19,046 nt of DNA from Nitrososphaerota archaeon (GTDB lineage: Archaea > Thermoproteota > Nitrososphaeria > Nitrososphaerales > UBA57), in contig JACAFS010000017.1 in NCBI GenBank assembly GCA_013378385.1, positions 1-19,046 of the forward strand, read 5' to 3'. Below the pieces are notes generated by a model that was given only the letters and a program-made list of their open reading frames with translations, was not told where the DNA came from and did no database searches. Positions 7,111-16,234 of this stretch are shown here, piece after piece (within the stretch, counting starts at the first letter, position 1; the number at the start of each line of letters is the position of its first letter). The translations under genes and the position numbers were made by a program.

Positions 7111-7368
7111 TTATTCCAGTCCTGCAGGTTGTGAACGATCCCAGAATTTAAGTATCAAATAAAAGAATGTTCCCACAAACAAAGCAGAAACGAACATTCC
7201 AGCAACATAAACTATATCATAATATTGTTTAATCATAGCAGCACGTGCGTCGATTGGATCAGGATACCAAGACAGTATAAAACCTCCACCTATAATAAAT
7301 AATACAATAAATGTTACAATAACAGTCAATCCCCAAACGATTCTATCAAAAGTTGAAAGTATTCCCAA
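7111..7368 (-). CDS. Small two-TM membrane protein of the oxidase operon
   Basis: 85 aa with two hydrophobic helices, ending 2 nt before the coxB start. Confidence 0.75.
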   Translation of the reverse strand: MGILSTFDRIVWGLTVIVTFIVLFIIGGGFILSWYPDPIDARAAMIKQYYDIVYVAGMFVSALFVGTFFYLILKFWDRSQPAGLE

Positions 7369-7437
7369 TGTTTAGCCAAATTTTAGTGCATCGATTTAAT
7401 ATATTAGGATTTCTACTCCTTCCAGATTTGGTAAGAA

Positions 7438-7752
7438 TTATTTAAACTTATTTAACATCAATGGGTCGGGTTCAATTGCTTTTTTTCTAAGTCGTTTTTC
7501 ATACAATTTCGGTCCATAGTATATATTCAGATATGCAAGAATCTGCATAGTAGCGTGAAAAACAAGCATAGTAGTAAAGGAATAAGATAGTATGACTAGC
7601 ATTACTATTCCGGTAACAAATGCAATAACATGAATTATTACGGCAAGAATCATAGAGAATTTTCTGTATTTAGAGACTTTGTCAGAGATTTGTTGTCTTC
7701 TTAATTCTTCCAATTCAGCAAGATATGATAATTGATTCAATAATATTAACAA
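7438..7752 (-). CDS. Small membrane protein, first gene of the minus-strand oxidase operon
   Basis: 104 aa, basic N-terminus and two TM segments, co-directional with coxB/coxA. Confidence 0.65.
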   Translation of the reverse strand: MLILLNQLSYLAELEELRRQQISDKVSKYRKFSMILAVIIHVIAFVTGIVMLVILSYSFTTMLVFHATMQILAYLNIYYGPKLYEKRLRKKAIEPDPLMLNKFK

Positions 7753-7828
7753 AGTATAGAATTTAATTAAATGTTATTAGGAAAAAAAAGTTAAATGTGG
7801 TTATCGATATAAAATTTTTGACTTAAGG

Positions 7829-8695
7829 ATGGGTAATAATGAAGAAAAGCCAGAATTTGAACATCATGTAGATACGAGTGAAATTCATTCTTATATGCCT
7901 GCTTTGATAGGTTTAGGAGCTGGAGCGTTTGTTGCAGCTGGAGTAATCTTCATGCTAAAAGGATTCTCCTTACAATTAGGAGCAGGATTAGTTGGGTTAT
8001 TTGTTTTATTGATATTCATATTCCTTGGAGGAGAAATACCAAGGTGGCCAAAGATTACAAAGGATTCCGAACACATGGTAAAGGCAGGAGGCACTCCTGG
8101 TGAGTTTCATGAAATAGGAGATGTTGGTTTTCCAACTGCTTTGTTTCTTTTGTCGGAAATAGCATTCTTCGGAGGAGCGTTTATAGCTTATTTCTATCTA
8201 AGGTCAGCTTATGCAGTATGGCCTCCAGAAGGACTACATCATCTTGATGTTGCAATTCCAAGTATTCAAACTGCATTATTAATTGTCAGCAGCGTTATGA
8301 TTGAATGGGCTACTGCAGGTGTAAAGAAAGGAAATCAAACAGCAGTAAAATATGGTTTTCTCGGAGCAGTAATTCTTGGTTTAGGATTTGCAGTTATACA
8401 GATGGGTTATGAATGGCCAGAACTACTTAGAACAGGTGAACTAACACCACAAGATGGATTATTTGGAGCTTCGTTCTTTGTACTTACAGGCATTCATGGA
8501 GTGCACGTAATAGCAGGAGTTATTGCAAACGCAGTTGTAACAGTAAAGGCATTTAAAAATCAATTTGATGAGAAGAATCACGGATTTTTAGAAGCTGCGG
8601 GAACCTATTGGCACTTTGTACATATTGTTTGGTTATTCTTGTTTGCATTTTTGTGGCAAGATGGTTTATCATATTTCCAGGCGGCGGTAGCATAA
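7829..8695 (+). CDS. coxC: Haem-copper oxidase subunit III with N-terminal two-TM extension
   Basis: 288 aa; core motifs FLLSEIAFFGGAFIAYFYLR, FFVLTGIHGVHVIAGVIANAV and YWHFVHIVWLFLFAFLW. Confidence 0.95.
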   Translation: MGNNEEKPEFEHHVDTSEIHSYMPALIGLGAGAFVAAGVIFMLKGFSLQLGAGLVGLFVLLIFIFLGGEIPRWPKITKDSEHMVKAGGTPGEFHEIGDVGFPTALFLLSEIAFFGGAFIAYFYLRSAYAVWPPEGLHHLDVAIPSIQTALLIVSSVMIEWATAGVKKGNQTAVKYGFLGAVILGLGFAVIQMGYEWPELLRTGELTPQDGLFGASFFVLTGIHGVHVIAGVIANAVVTVKAFKNQFDEKNHGFLEAAGTYWHFVHIVWLFLFAFLWQDGLSYFQAAVA

Positions 8696-8696
8696 A

Positions 8697-9263
8697 TTGT
8701 CAAAACAAAATAATCCATTAAAGGGAATATTCAACACAAGTCGTTTTGGTTTATTTGTAATTACAGCTGGAATTACTGCAGCAGGAAGTCTAGGATTACC
8801 TGAAACATCAATTTTTACTTTATTGCCGAGTAATTTATTAGCTGCAATAGATTCTTCAGGGGAAGTACTTGCGTCAGAAAAGTTACATGTATTATTAACA
8901 ATAATTCCTGGATTCATGTTAGCGCCATTCATTGCATTCTTTGGTATGTCTGCAATATTTGGGATAACACTAGGTCATTTAGTAATTGCCACAACTTCAA
9001 AAGTAGGTGCTATTGATCTTTTATCTCCATTATTCACGTTTCTAGGATTGTTCTTTATTAGGCAATATAAGAATCCAGGAAACATAATAGGACCACTGAT
9101 ATTTGTATTATTAACATCACTGTGGTTGTCATATGTAGGAATTTCAGTGACAGGGTTAGATATATTACCGGTAATGCTACTGACGCTAATTACGCAGTTT
9201 GGAATAGTAGCTGTAGGATATGTATTTTATCTATTGGCAAAACAACTAAAGATTTTCAAATAA
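8697..9263 (+). CDS. Multi-TM membrane protein of unknown function
   Basis: 188 aa; TTG start 1 nt after the coxC stop, so probably translationally coupled. Confidence 0.65.
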   Translation: MSKQNNPLKGIFNTSRFGLFVITAGITAAGSLGLPETSIFTLLPSNLLAAIDSSGEVLASEKLHVLLTIIPGFMLAPFIAFFGMSAIFGITLGHLVIATTSKVGAIDLLSPLFTFLGLFFIRQYKNPGNIIGPLIFVLLTSLWLSYVGISVTGLDILPVMLLTLITQFGIVAVGYVFYLLAKQLKIFK

Positions 9264-9264
9264 G

Positions 9265-9456
9265 TTAATTTTTACTACGGCGTTTTTTCATTATGCCAAA
9301 AACAAGATAGAGACCCAGGAATATCATACCAAATCTAAGACCTTGAACAAGTAAACTAGTTTTATCTAATGCGGGAAACGGGAAGATAAGGCCTGTAAGT
9401 AGGAAAGATAATGCAAAAGTAAAGTTAAATGGTTCTAACCAGTTACGAGCCAACAT
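9265..9456 (-). CDS. Small two-TM membrane protein
   Basis: 63-aa hydrophobic ORF (FALSFLLTGLIFPFPALDKTSLLVQGLRFGMIFLGLYLVFGIMKKRR), convergent with the preceding ORF. Confidence 0.5.
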   Translation of the reverse strand: MLARNWLEPFNFTFALSFLLTGLIFPFPALDKTSLLVQGLRFGMIFLGLYLVFGIMKKRRSKN

Positions 9457-9520
9457 TGCTTTTATCAGATTGATATTAATTAGGCTTTACTTTTTAAATC
9501 ATTAAAGTAGAATATCAATA

Positions 9521-10369
9521 TTGAAATATAATTACGGGTGGGCAGTTCTTGGACTCGTGATAATAATAGGTAGTTCTATCACATATGCAGAGATAATTAA
9601 CAATTATTTTCAGAATCTCGCCAATTTAGTACAATATGTGGCTTCATTATACATAATCAGCATATTAATCGGAATGCTAATGATTGTAATACAAATTGAG
9701 AAAATATTAATTACACAAAAAAATTTGAAGCTATCTAATAATTCAACCTCAATAGACTTAAGATCCCTCACATATGATTTATTTGCAAAAATGAAATACA
9801 GAAAAATATTTATTATTTCTTCAGGATTATATGTAATATTTTTTTCAATAATTTCAGGAACAATCGTTTATCAGCCAGAGATAGTTTTTTCCGACGCTTT
9901 TAAGGTATCAATACCTTCAATCAAAATAGTCTATTGTTGTGGATCGCCAGGTCAATATCCTAATGTTGCAATCTACATAACAGAACACATAGGGGCAATT
10001 TTAATTCCGGTGAGCTTATTATTATTAATCCTAATTTCAGCACTAGTATCCTGGAATGTAATGCTTATGGCATTTGCGTTTAGTAATAGGCCAAAGAATA
10101 ATGAAAAATGGTTATTGAGCATAGGTGCTTTGACAGGTCTATTTACGGCATGTCCAACATGTGCGGGTTTATTATTGACAAGTATATTACCCGGTTCAAT
10201 CGGGGTTTCATTAATTACTGGAACTCCCATATTATTATCATTATCAAGTGTATTTTATCAACAGGTTTTTCTACTAATCACATTAATAATTTTAACAATC
10301 TCGCCATTGATTTTAGTCACAAATATAAGAGAATTATTTGAAAAAGGATGTATTATCGAAAAGACTTGA
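9521..10369 (+). CDS. Multi-TM membrane protein with paired cysteine motifs
   Basis: 282 aa, hydrophobic; contains YCCGSPGQYPNVAIYITEHIGA and LFTACPTCAGLLLTSILPGSIG. Confidence 0.75.
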   Translation: MKYNYGWAVLGLVIIIGSSITYAEIINNYFQNLANLVQYVASLYIISILIGMLMIVIQIEKILITQKNLKLSNNSTSIDLRSLTYDLFAKMKYRKIFIISSGLYVIFFSIISGTIVYQPEIVFSDAFKVSIPSIKIVYCCGSPGQYPNVAIYITEHIGAILIPVSLLLLILISALVSWNVMLMAFAFSNRPKNNEKWLLSIGALTGLFTACPTCAGLLLTSILPGSIGVSLITGTPILLSLSSVFYQQVFLLITLIILTISPLILVTNIRELFEKGCIIEKT

Positions 10370-10430
10370 ATAATTAATGAATTTTAACGAGAAAGCAAGG
10401 TTTTTATTTTTATAAATACATGATTTTTTC

Positions 10431-10712
10431 ATGGATTGGGAAGTATTGTTTCCAGCATTGGCATTTACAATTTCTGGTGCATTTGGGATTTGGTCGTCGT
10501 ATGATACAAATTTTTTGTTTCCGGCTGATACGTTCATTCAAGGCTTGCATGCAACATCGATGTTTGTATTAGCGTTAGGTCTAATGTTACTTCCTGGAGG
10601 ATTATTCAAAGGCGGTACGCCAAGACCAAGAGGCGTAGGATTAGCAGTAGTAGTTACATTAGCCACTATGACAACGGCATTGGGCATATTATTTATCGTA
10701 TTAAACTTATAG
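10431..10712 (+). CDS. Small membrane protein
   Basis: 93 aa with three hydrophobic segments, followed 8 nt later by the next gene. Confidence 0.65.
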   Translation: MDWEVLFPALAFTISGAFGIWSSYDTNFLFPADTFIQGLHATSMFVLALGLMLLPGGLFKGGTPRPRGVGLAVVVTLATMTTALGILFIVLNL

Positions 10713-10720
10713 ATTCAATT

Positions 10721-11239
10721 ATGCGAAATAAAATCGAATATATTTTCCCGAAATATTGGATTAATTCATTTATTTTCGTTCTTATATTCACAGTACTAAT
10801 TGGGGCAATTGGATCTGCATTTCCGTTGAATGTAGAACAAGTATCAGAAATATTAAAAGAAGCTGAAGAATTAATTCCAGACGACATTAATGTAGAGAAA
10901 ATTTTCTTGAATAATTATCGAATTTCATTAATAATGTTGACGCCAGTATTGGGATTCGTATTCGGGTTGTTAGTAATTTTTCAGACAGGAATGGTATTTG
11001 GAGCAGCAGGTGCGAGTGTAGGTTTTTCTGGAATATTACTATATGGATTAACGGCATTAACGCCATTTTTCTGGTTAGAATTCATAGCATATGCAGCAAG
11101 TATGACTGAGAGCATATACATAATACGTGGATTAATTGAAAGGAAATTCAAGATAGAATTGACAAGAGTCTTAGCAATAATAATAATTAATTTCGTTTTA
11201 CTCGGACTAGGAGCTTTAATTGAAATGTTATTTATTTAG
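10721..11239 (+). CDS. SpoIIM-like (stage II sporulation protein M family) membrane protein
   Basis: 172 aa; NNYRISLIMLTPVLGFVFGLLVIFQTGMVFGAAG... followed by PFFWLEFIAYAASMTESIYIIRGLIE matches the archaeal SpoIIM-like pattern. Confidence 0.7.
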   Translation: MRNKIEYIFPKYWINSFIFVLIFTVLIGAIGSAFPLNVEQVSEILKEAEELIPDDINVEKIFLNNYRISLIMLTPVLGFVFGLLVIFQTGMVFGAAGASVGFSGILLYGLTALTPFFWLEFIAYAASMTESIYIIRGLIERKFKIELTRVLAIIIINFVLLGLGALIEMLFI

Positions 11240-11703
11240 ACATCGTATAATAAATTAATAATCAAAGTACCATTTTTGAAATCGTGTTTCTTAAGTAGAA
11301 GATTTTTTGGTATTTTAATTTTTTCAGATAGATCATTATTGCTAGTGATAGTAATTTTTCCAGGGATGAATGCGACTTTCATTTCAGAATGTTGTCCAGG
11401 AATTTGTGCAATTATATTCAGTCCGTTGTTAGTTTCTATAGATTCGTAAGTGAATTTGTTTGATGAACGAATTATTCCCAATCCAGGTTGTTTTTTTAGA
11501 ATTAATCTTATCTCATTAGACCAATAAAGAAAGATCAATGTAGTTAAGAGACTTAGTACAATTGCTGACGAACCACGTACTACTCGCGTAGTTACTAGGA
11601 TTATCAGGCTAACTGCAATTATTGCAAGAAATGCATAGAAATATTTCGAATTAGCTTTGAAAGGAGATCTAATCATTATTAGACTTAGAAACTGGTAAAT
11701 CAA
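11236..11703 (-). CDS. Two-TM protein with soluble C-terminal domain, possibly HSP20/CS-like beta-sandwich
   Basis: 155 aa with two N-terminal hydrophobic helices and a beta-rich tail (TYESIETNNGLNIIAQIPGQHSEMKVAFIPGKITITSN...). Domain assignment is weak. Confidence 0.55.
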   Translation of the reverse strand: MIYQFLSLIMIRSPFKANSKYFYAFLAIIAVSLIILVTTRVVRGSSAIVLSLLTTLIFLYWSNEIRLILKKQPGLGIIRSSNKFTYESIETNNGLNIIAQIPGQHSEMKVAFIPGKITITSNNDLSEKIKIPKNLLLKKHDFKNGTLIINLLYDV

Positions 11704-11750
11704 AAATGTTACTAATTTATGGCAAAAGTTAACATCAGGTCCAATATAAT

Positions 11751-13067
11751 ATGAATGTGGCTGTTTTAACGATATCCGGGTTAAGAGGCATAATGGGAGA
11801 AGATTTGTTCGGTAATGATATATTAGACACGATTTATAATTTTGTCAGTTCAAAGGAGATAAAAACTTGTGCAATTGGGAGGGATACGAGGTCAACGTCA
11901 GAAATGCTTCATCAGGTAGTTCTTTCATGTCTATTAGCAGAAGGGTGCAACGTAGAGGATTTAGGAGTAACGTCAACGCCATCAGTATTTCGTCATGTTA
12001 AAAAGAATAATTTAGACGGAGGAGTATGTATAACGTCTTCACACAATCCAAAAGAATGGAACGGTTTAAAATTAATCATTAGGCCAGGAAGAATAATTAA
12101 ACCAGATGAATTGAACAACAAAAACACAAAGAATTATTCATTCACTGGGACAAAGAAAGAACTAGAAACATGTTATTACAATGATTTAATTGAATTCTTT
12201 AAAGATGAGAGATTCCATGGGTTAAAAATAGGTATGGATTTAGGAGGAGGGGCAGCGTGCATATTTGTGAAAGATATTTTTATAAAACTAGGATGTCGGG
12301 TTTATACAATAAATGACTCTCCAGGAACGTTTAATCGAATAATTAATCCAACTGAGGATCCATTGGAATCGCTTTCAAAACTAATAGTAGAAAATGAGTG
12401 TAATGTAGGATTTGCATTTGATGCGGATGTTGACAGATTAGTAATACTAAATGAGAGAGGTGAGAAGATAGCTCCTGATTTTTCTCTATTAGCAGGCATA
12501 AAATATATTGAACAGAGGTTCAAATTGGAAAAAGCGGCAATTAGCATAGACAGTTCCTTATCCATAATCAATTATCTAAAAAAAATCAATTGTGAAATAC
12601 TTACAACGCCAGTAGGAGAAATTAGCGTATTGGAAAAGATTCAAAGTGGGAAATGTCAAGTAGGAGGAGAAGGCAGCAGTGGAGGATTTATTTATCCGGA
12701 ATTTAATTTATGTAGAGATGGGATTCTATTAGCTTTAATGGTTTCGAGGTTAGTGGAAAATTATGGAGATGTAGATAGTATATTCTCGGACATTGAGAAA
12801 TTTAAACAAAAAAGGATAAAGATAAAGACGAATCCAGAAAATTTCAATGTAATAAAAGAACATTTTTTAAAATTAGATAATGTAACATTCATTGATGGAA
12901 TAAAGATCACACCTAATGATGATAAATGGGTATTAATTAGGCCATCAAATACAGAGAAATGCATAAGATTGTCAGTTGAGGCAAATAATGAGAAAGATGC
13001 ACAGGATTTAATTGATGAATATAAGAATCAGATAGAGAATTTACTCAGTGACTCTACAAGTCATTAA
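11751..13067 (+). CDS. Phosphohexomutase, phosphoglucosamine mutase-like
   Basis: 438 aa; catalytic-serine loop CITSSHNPKEWNG, metal loop FDADVDRL, sugar loop GGEGSSGG, phosphate loop IRPSNTEK. Confidence 0.92.
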   Translation: MNVAVLTISGLRGIMGEDLFGNDILDTIYNFVSSKEIKTCAIGRDTRSTSEMLHQVVLSCLLAEGCNVEDLGVTSTPSVFRHVKKNNLDGGVCITSSHNPKEWNGLKLIIRPGRIIKPDELNNKNTKNYSFTGTKKELETCYYNDLIEFFKDERFHGLKIGMDLGGGAACIFVKDIFIKLGCRVYTINDSPGTFNRIINPTEDPLESLSKLIVENECNVGFAFDADVDRLVILNERGEKIAPDFSLLAGIKYIEQRFKLEKAAISIDSSLSIINYLKKINCEILTTPVGEISVLEKIQSGKCQVGGEGSSGGFIYPEFNLCRDGILLALMVSRLVENYGDVDSIFSDIEKFKQKRIKIKTNPENFNVIKEHFLKLDNVTFIDGIKITPNDDKWVLIRPSNTEKCIRLSVEANNEKDAQDLIDEYKNQIENLLSDSTSH

Positions 13068-14415
13068 TTAAATCATTAATCAATTTTGAACAGTTCTCAG
13101 TTATTGTATCCAAATGAGTTTGACTATCAGATTCACTAAATAACCTTATAATAGGTTCAGTTCCACTTGGACGAATTAAAGACCAACTGTTATCATTCCA
13201 AAGAATTTTAAGGCCGTCAGTTTGATCAATTGTTTCAGATAATGAAGATGCAATATTAGAAATAATGGAGTCACGAGAATCAATTGGACAGGAGAATTTA
13301 GTCTTGTGCTGATAAAATTGTGGCAAAATAGAAAGATGTTGAGAGAGTTTTTTATCTGAAAAAGACAACAATTCAAGCATAAGTGCAGTACCCATTGCGC
13401 CGTCTCTTACGGCAACATGAGGAGAATAAAGGCATCCGCCATTTTCTTCAAAACCGAATTTAGAATCTAATTCTATCATTTTATGTGAAACGTCTACACT
13501 ACCTACTTTAGTACGATACACTTCAACGTCGTATTTTGATGCAATTTTTTCAATTATTTGTGAAGTAGCAATAGTGGTAACAATAGGAGATTTAATGCCT
13601 TTTTGAATAAGATGTTCGCCTACAAGAGTTCCTGATTTATCACCCCAAAAAACAGTACCAGTTTCATCGCAGAATATACTTCTATCACCATCTCCGTCAT
13701 ATCCAACGCCAATATCTGCGTTGTTTTCAACAACAGATTTAGATAGAAAATCTAATGTTTTAGGAGTAGGTTCGCCTCCACGTCCAGAGAAATTTCCATC
13801 AATATGATTATTTAGAGTGATTACTTCGCATCCAAGGTCCTCAGCAATAAATGGGGCACTTAAGGCCTGAGTGCCATTTCCAGAATCGATAACAATTTTT
13901 AGTTTACGCTTTTTGATAGATGAAGAATCGACATTTTTTATTACAGAATTAATATAATCAGTGACTACAGAACTATTAGATGTCATATTTCCTACTCCTT
14001 GCCAGTCTTTTCTTGAATATTTTTTCTGGAAATAAATATCCTCGATTATGTCTTCGTCGGATCTTGAAACTTCAATTCCAGTAGAAGAAATTACTTTGAT
14101 TCCGTTATATTCAGCAGGATTATGAGATGCAGTAATCATTACGCCGCCGTCAAAAGAATTCTTTGTAATTAATTGAATGCCAGGAGTTGGGACCATATTG
14201 GCAAAAACAACGTTCTTTCCAGATTCCATCAATCCTGCAGAGATAGCACGAGAAATAGAAGGGCTAGAATGACGGCCGTCATATCCAACTATTATATTAT
14301 TGCCTTCAAAAAAGGAACCAATACTCAGACCCATATTTACAATAAAATCAAGACCGTACTCCTTACCAGGAATGAATCTAATGCCATTTGTTCCAAAAAG
14401 TTTCTTATTAGTCAA
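13054..14415 (-). CDS. Second phosphohexomutase (phosphomannomutase/phosphoglucomutase family)
   Basis: 453 aa; KLFGTNGIR, MITASHNPAEYNG, VGYDGDGDRS, FEENGG, IRPSGTEP. Starts at TTG. Confidence 0.93.
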   Translation of the reverse strand: MTNKKLFGTNGIRFIPGKEYGLDFIVNMGLSIGSFFEGNNIIVGYDGRHSSPSISRAISAGLMESGKNVVFANMVPTPGIQLITKNSFDGGVMITASHNPAEYNGIKVISSTGIEVSRSDEDIIEDIYFQKKYSRKDWQGVGNMTSNSSVVTDYINSVIKNVDSSSIKKRKLKIVIDSGNGTQALSAPFIAEDLGCEVITLNNHIDGNFSGRGGEPTPKTLDFLSKSVVENNADIGVGYDGDGDRSIFCDETGTVFWGDKSGTLVGEHLIQKGIKSPIVTTIATSQIIEKIASKYDVEVYRTKVGSVDVSHKMIELDSKFGFEENGGCLYSPHVAVRDGAMGTALMLELLSFSDKKLSQHLSILPQFYQHKTKFSCPIDSRDSIISNIASSLSETIDQTDGLKILWNDNSWSLIRPSGTEPIIRLFSESDSQTHLDTITENCSKLINDLINDL

Positions 14416-14496
14416 TTATATCATTAAAAATAGTAAATAAGAAATAAAACGATATCGCAAAGGTAAAATGTAAAAAGAACTTATGAAAATCTTGAT

Positions 14497-15252
14497 ATGA
14501 ACATTGCAGTGTGTATAAAACAAGTACCAGATACAGCATCACAACTAAAAATTGCAGAAGATAATAAAACAATCGAGGATAATGGAATAAAATATGAAAT
14601 CAATCCATTTGATGAATATGCGCTAGAAGAAGCTCTGAGATTGAAGGATAAAGACAATACTATAAATATTACAGTAATTTCGCTTGGGCCAGAACGTGTG
14701 AAACAATCTTTAACGAAGACATTAGCAATGGGGGCCGATGAAGCAATACATCTTCAAACAGATAATTCAATTAATGATTGTATGGTCATAGCTAACACAA
14801 TCACAAATGAGATAAAGAAGAAACAATATGATCTGATATTATTCGGGAAGAAATCAGTTGATCAAGATAATAATCAAGTAGGGATGATAATTGGGGAGAT
14901 TAATGGCATACCGTGTATTTCAAATTGTTCAGAATTTGCCATAGAAGACAATAAGATTGTAGCAAATAGAGAAGTAGAAGGTTCGGTAGAGGTATTTGAA
15001 GGAGAATTTCCAGTAATTATAACACATGAAAAAGGTAAAAACGAATTACGATATCCTTCATTAAAAGATTTGATGGCAGCCAAGAAGAAATCAATCAATA
15101 CAATAGATGTTGATGTTAATGACAATAAAAATCCAGAGTTAATTAGATTAGAATATCCAAAGAAGAGAGAAGAAGGAATAATCATTGGGGAAGATAAATC
15201 AGCAGTTTCGGAGTTAATAAGAATACTTAGAGAAGAGAGAAAATTAATCTAG
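14497..15252 (+). CDS. etfB: Electron transfer flavoprotein beta subunit
   Basis: 251 aa; MNIAVCIKQVPDT..., NPFDEYALEEALRLKD, GADEAIHL, SVDQDNNQVG. Confidence 0.96.
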   Translation: MNIAVCIKQVPDTASQLKIAEDNKTIEDNGIKYEINPFDEYALEEALRLKDKDNTINITVISLGPERVKQSLTKTLAMGADEAIHLQTDNSINDCMVIANTITNEIKKKQYDLILFGKKSVDQDNNQVGMIIGEINGIPCISNCSEFAIEDNKIVANREVEGSVEVFEGEFPVIITHEKGKNELRYPSLKDLMAAKKKSINTIDVDVNDNKNPELIRLEYPKKREEGIIIGEDKSAVSELIRILREERKLI

Positions 15253-16233
15253 GTGATATTTATGTCATGTATACTAACTGTAATTGAATCTAAGAATAAA
15301 GAAATTAAGAATTCGGCATTAGAATTACTTTCAGAGGCTAGAAAGATATCATCAAAAAGGAATCTAGACAATAAGGTAATTATCATAGGAGAATATGAGA
15401 AAAATAATTCTACGCAGATTAATGAATTTGGGATAAATGCATTGTTAACTGGATCTACAGACAAAATAAGTAAATATTCGCCTGAATTATACAGAGATTC
15501 ATTACTGCATACAATAAATGAATTGAAGCCAGAAATAATATTATTTTCGGGTAGTGCAATTGGAAAAGATTTAGCGCCAAGAATAGCAGCCAATATAGGT
15601 TATAATTTAGTAACTGAATGTATAGATATTTCAATAATAGAAGAGGGATATGAGATAAAACGTCCAATTTTTGCTGGAAAGATTATTCAGACATTAAGAT
15701 TCAATAAAACCCCGATAGTAGTTTCATTAAAGTCAAATTCATTTACAATTGAGAAAATTGAAGAAAATGAGATTTCGATAAAACAAATTGACGTCAATGT
15801 ATCAGAAGATAAGAAATTGCCAATATTAAGAGAAATAATACAGCCGCAAAAAGAGGTATTGGATGTATCAGAAGCTTCAACAATAGTATCTGGAGGAAGA
15901 GGAATGAAGGAACCAGAGAATTTTAAATTAATTGAAGAATTAGCAGAGATTCTCAATGCAGCAGTTGGCGCATCAAGAGCAGTAGTTGATGCAGGTTGGA
16001 GACCGCATTCAGAACAAGTGGGGCAAACAGGCAAAATTGTTTCGCCAAATTTATACATTGCATTCGGAATATCAGGAGCTATACAACATCAAGTTGGGAT
16101 GATAAATTCAAAATGTATAGTAGCCGTGAATAAAGATAAAAATGCACCAATTTTCAAATTTGCAGACTATGGAATAGTAGGTGATTTGTTCGAGATAATT
16201 CCAGAATTAATTGCTGAATTAAAAAATAAATAA
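15253..16233 (+). CDS. etfA: Electron transfer flavoprotein alpha subunit
   Basis: 326 aa with the FAD domain IVSGGRGMKEPENF...VGASRAVVDAGWRPHSEQVGQTGKIVSPNLYIAFGISGAIQHQVGM. The ORF begins at GTG directly after the etfB stop; an ATG lies at 15262. Confidence 0.96.
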   Translation: MIFMSCILTVIESKNKEIKNSALELLSEARKISSKRNLDNKVIIIGEYEKNNSTQINEFGINALLTGSTDKISKYSPELYRDSLLHTINELKPEIILFSGSAIGKDLAPRIAANIGYNLVTECIDISIIEEGYEIKRPIFAGKIIQTLRFNKTPIVVSLKSNSFTIEKIEENEISIKQIDVNVSEDKKLPILREIIQPQKEVLDVSEASTIVSGGRGMKEPENFKLIEELAEILNAAVGASRAVVDAGWRPHSEQVGQTGKIVSPNLYIAFGISGAIQHQVGMINSKCIVAVNKDKNAPIFKFADYGIVGDLFEIIPELIAELKNK

Positions 16234-16234
16234 A

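Noticed and set aside
7891-8932. Minus-strand ORFs 7891..8094 and 8669..8932
   Set aside because: Antisense shadows of coxC and the following membrane gene; Asn/Ile/Pro-rich without recognisable domains.
9973-10887. ORFs 9973..10230(-), 10108..10341(+), 10334..10537(-) and 10693..10887(-)
   Set aside because: Each overlaps a better-supported membrane protein ORF and none has a family signature.
10721-11239. SpoIIM-like gene as evidence of sporulation
   Set aside because: The family is widespread in non-sporulating archaea and bacteria; the name does not imply that function.
12302-13376. ORFs 12302..12571(-), 12761..12964(-) and 13176..13376(+)
   Set aside because: Antisense to the two phosphohexomutases, whose catalytic motifs are intact across those regions.
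14173-16058. ORFs 14173..14427(+), 14874..15185(-), 15249..15593(-), 15455..15667(+) and 15687..16058(-)
   Set aside because: Overlap the second mutase, etfB or etfA in alternative frames or on the opposite strand.
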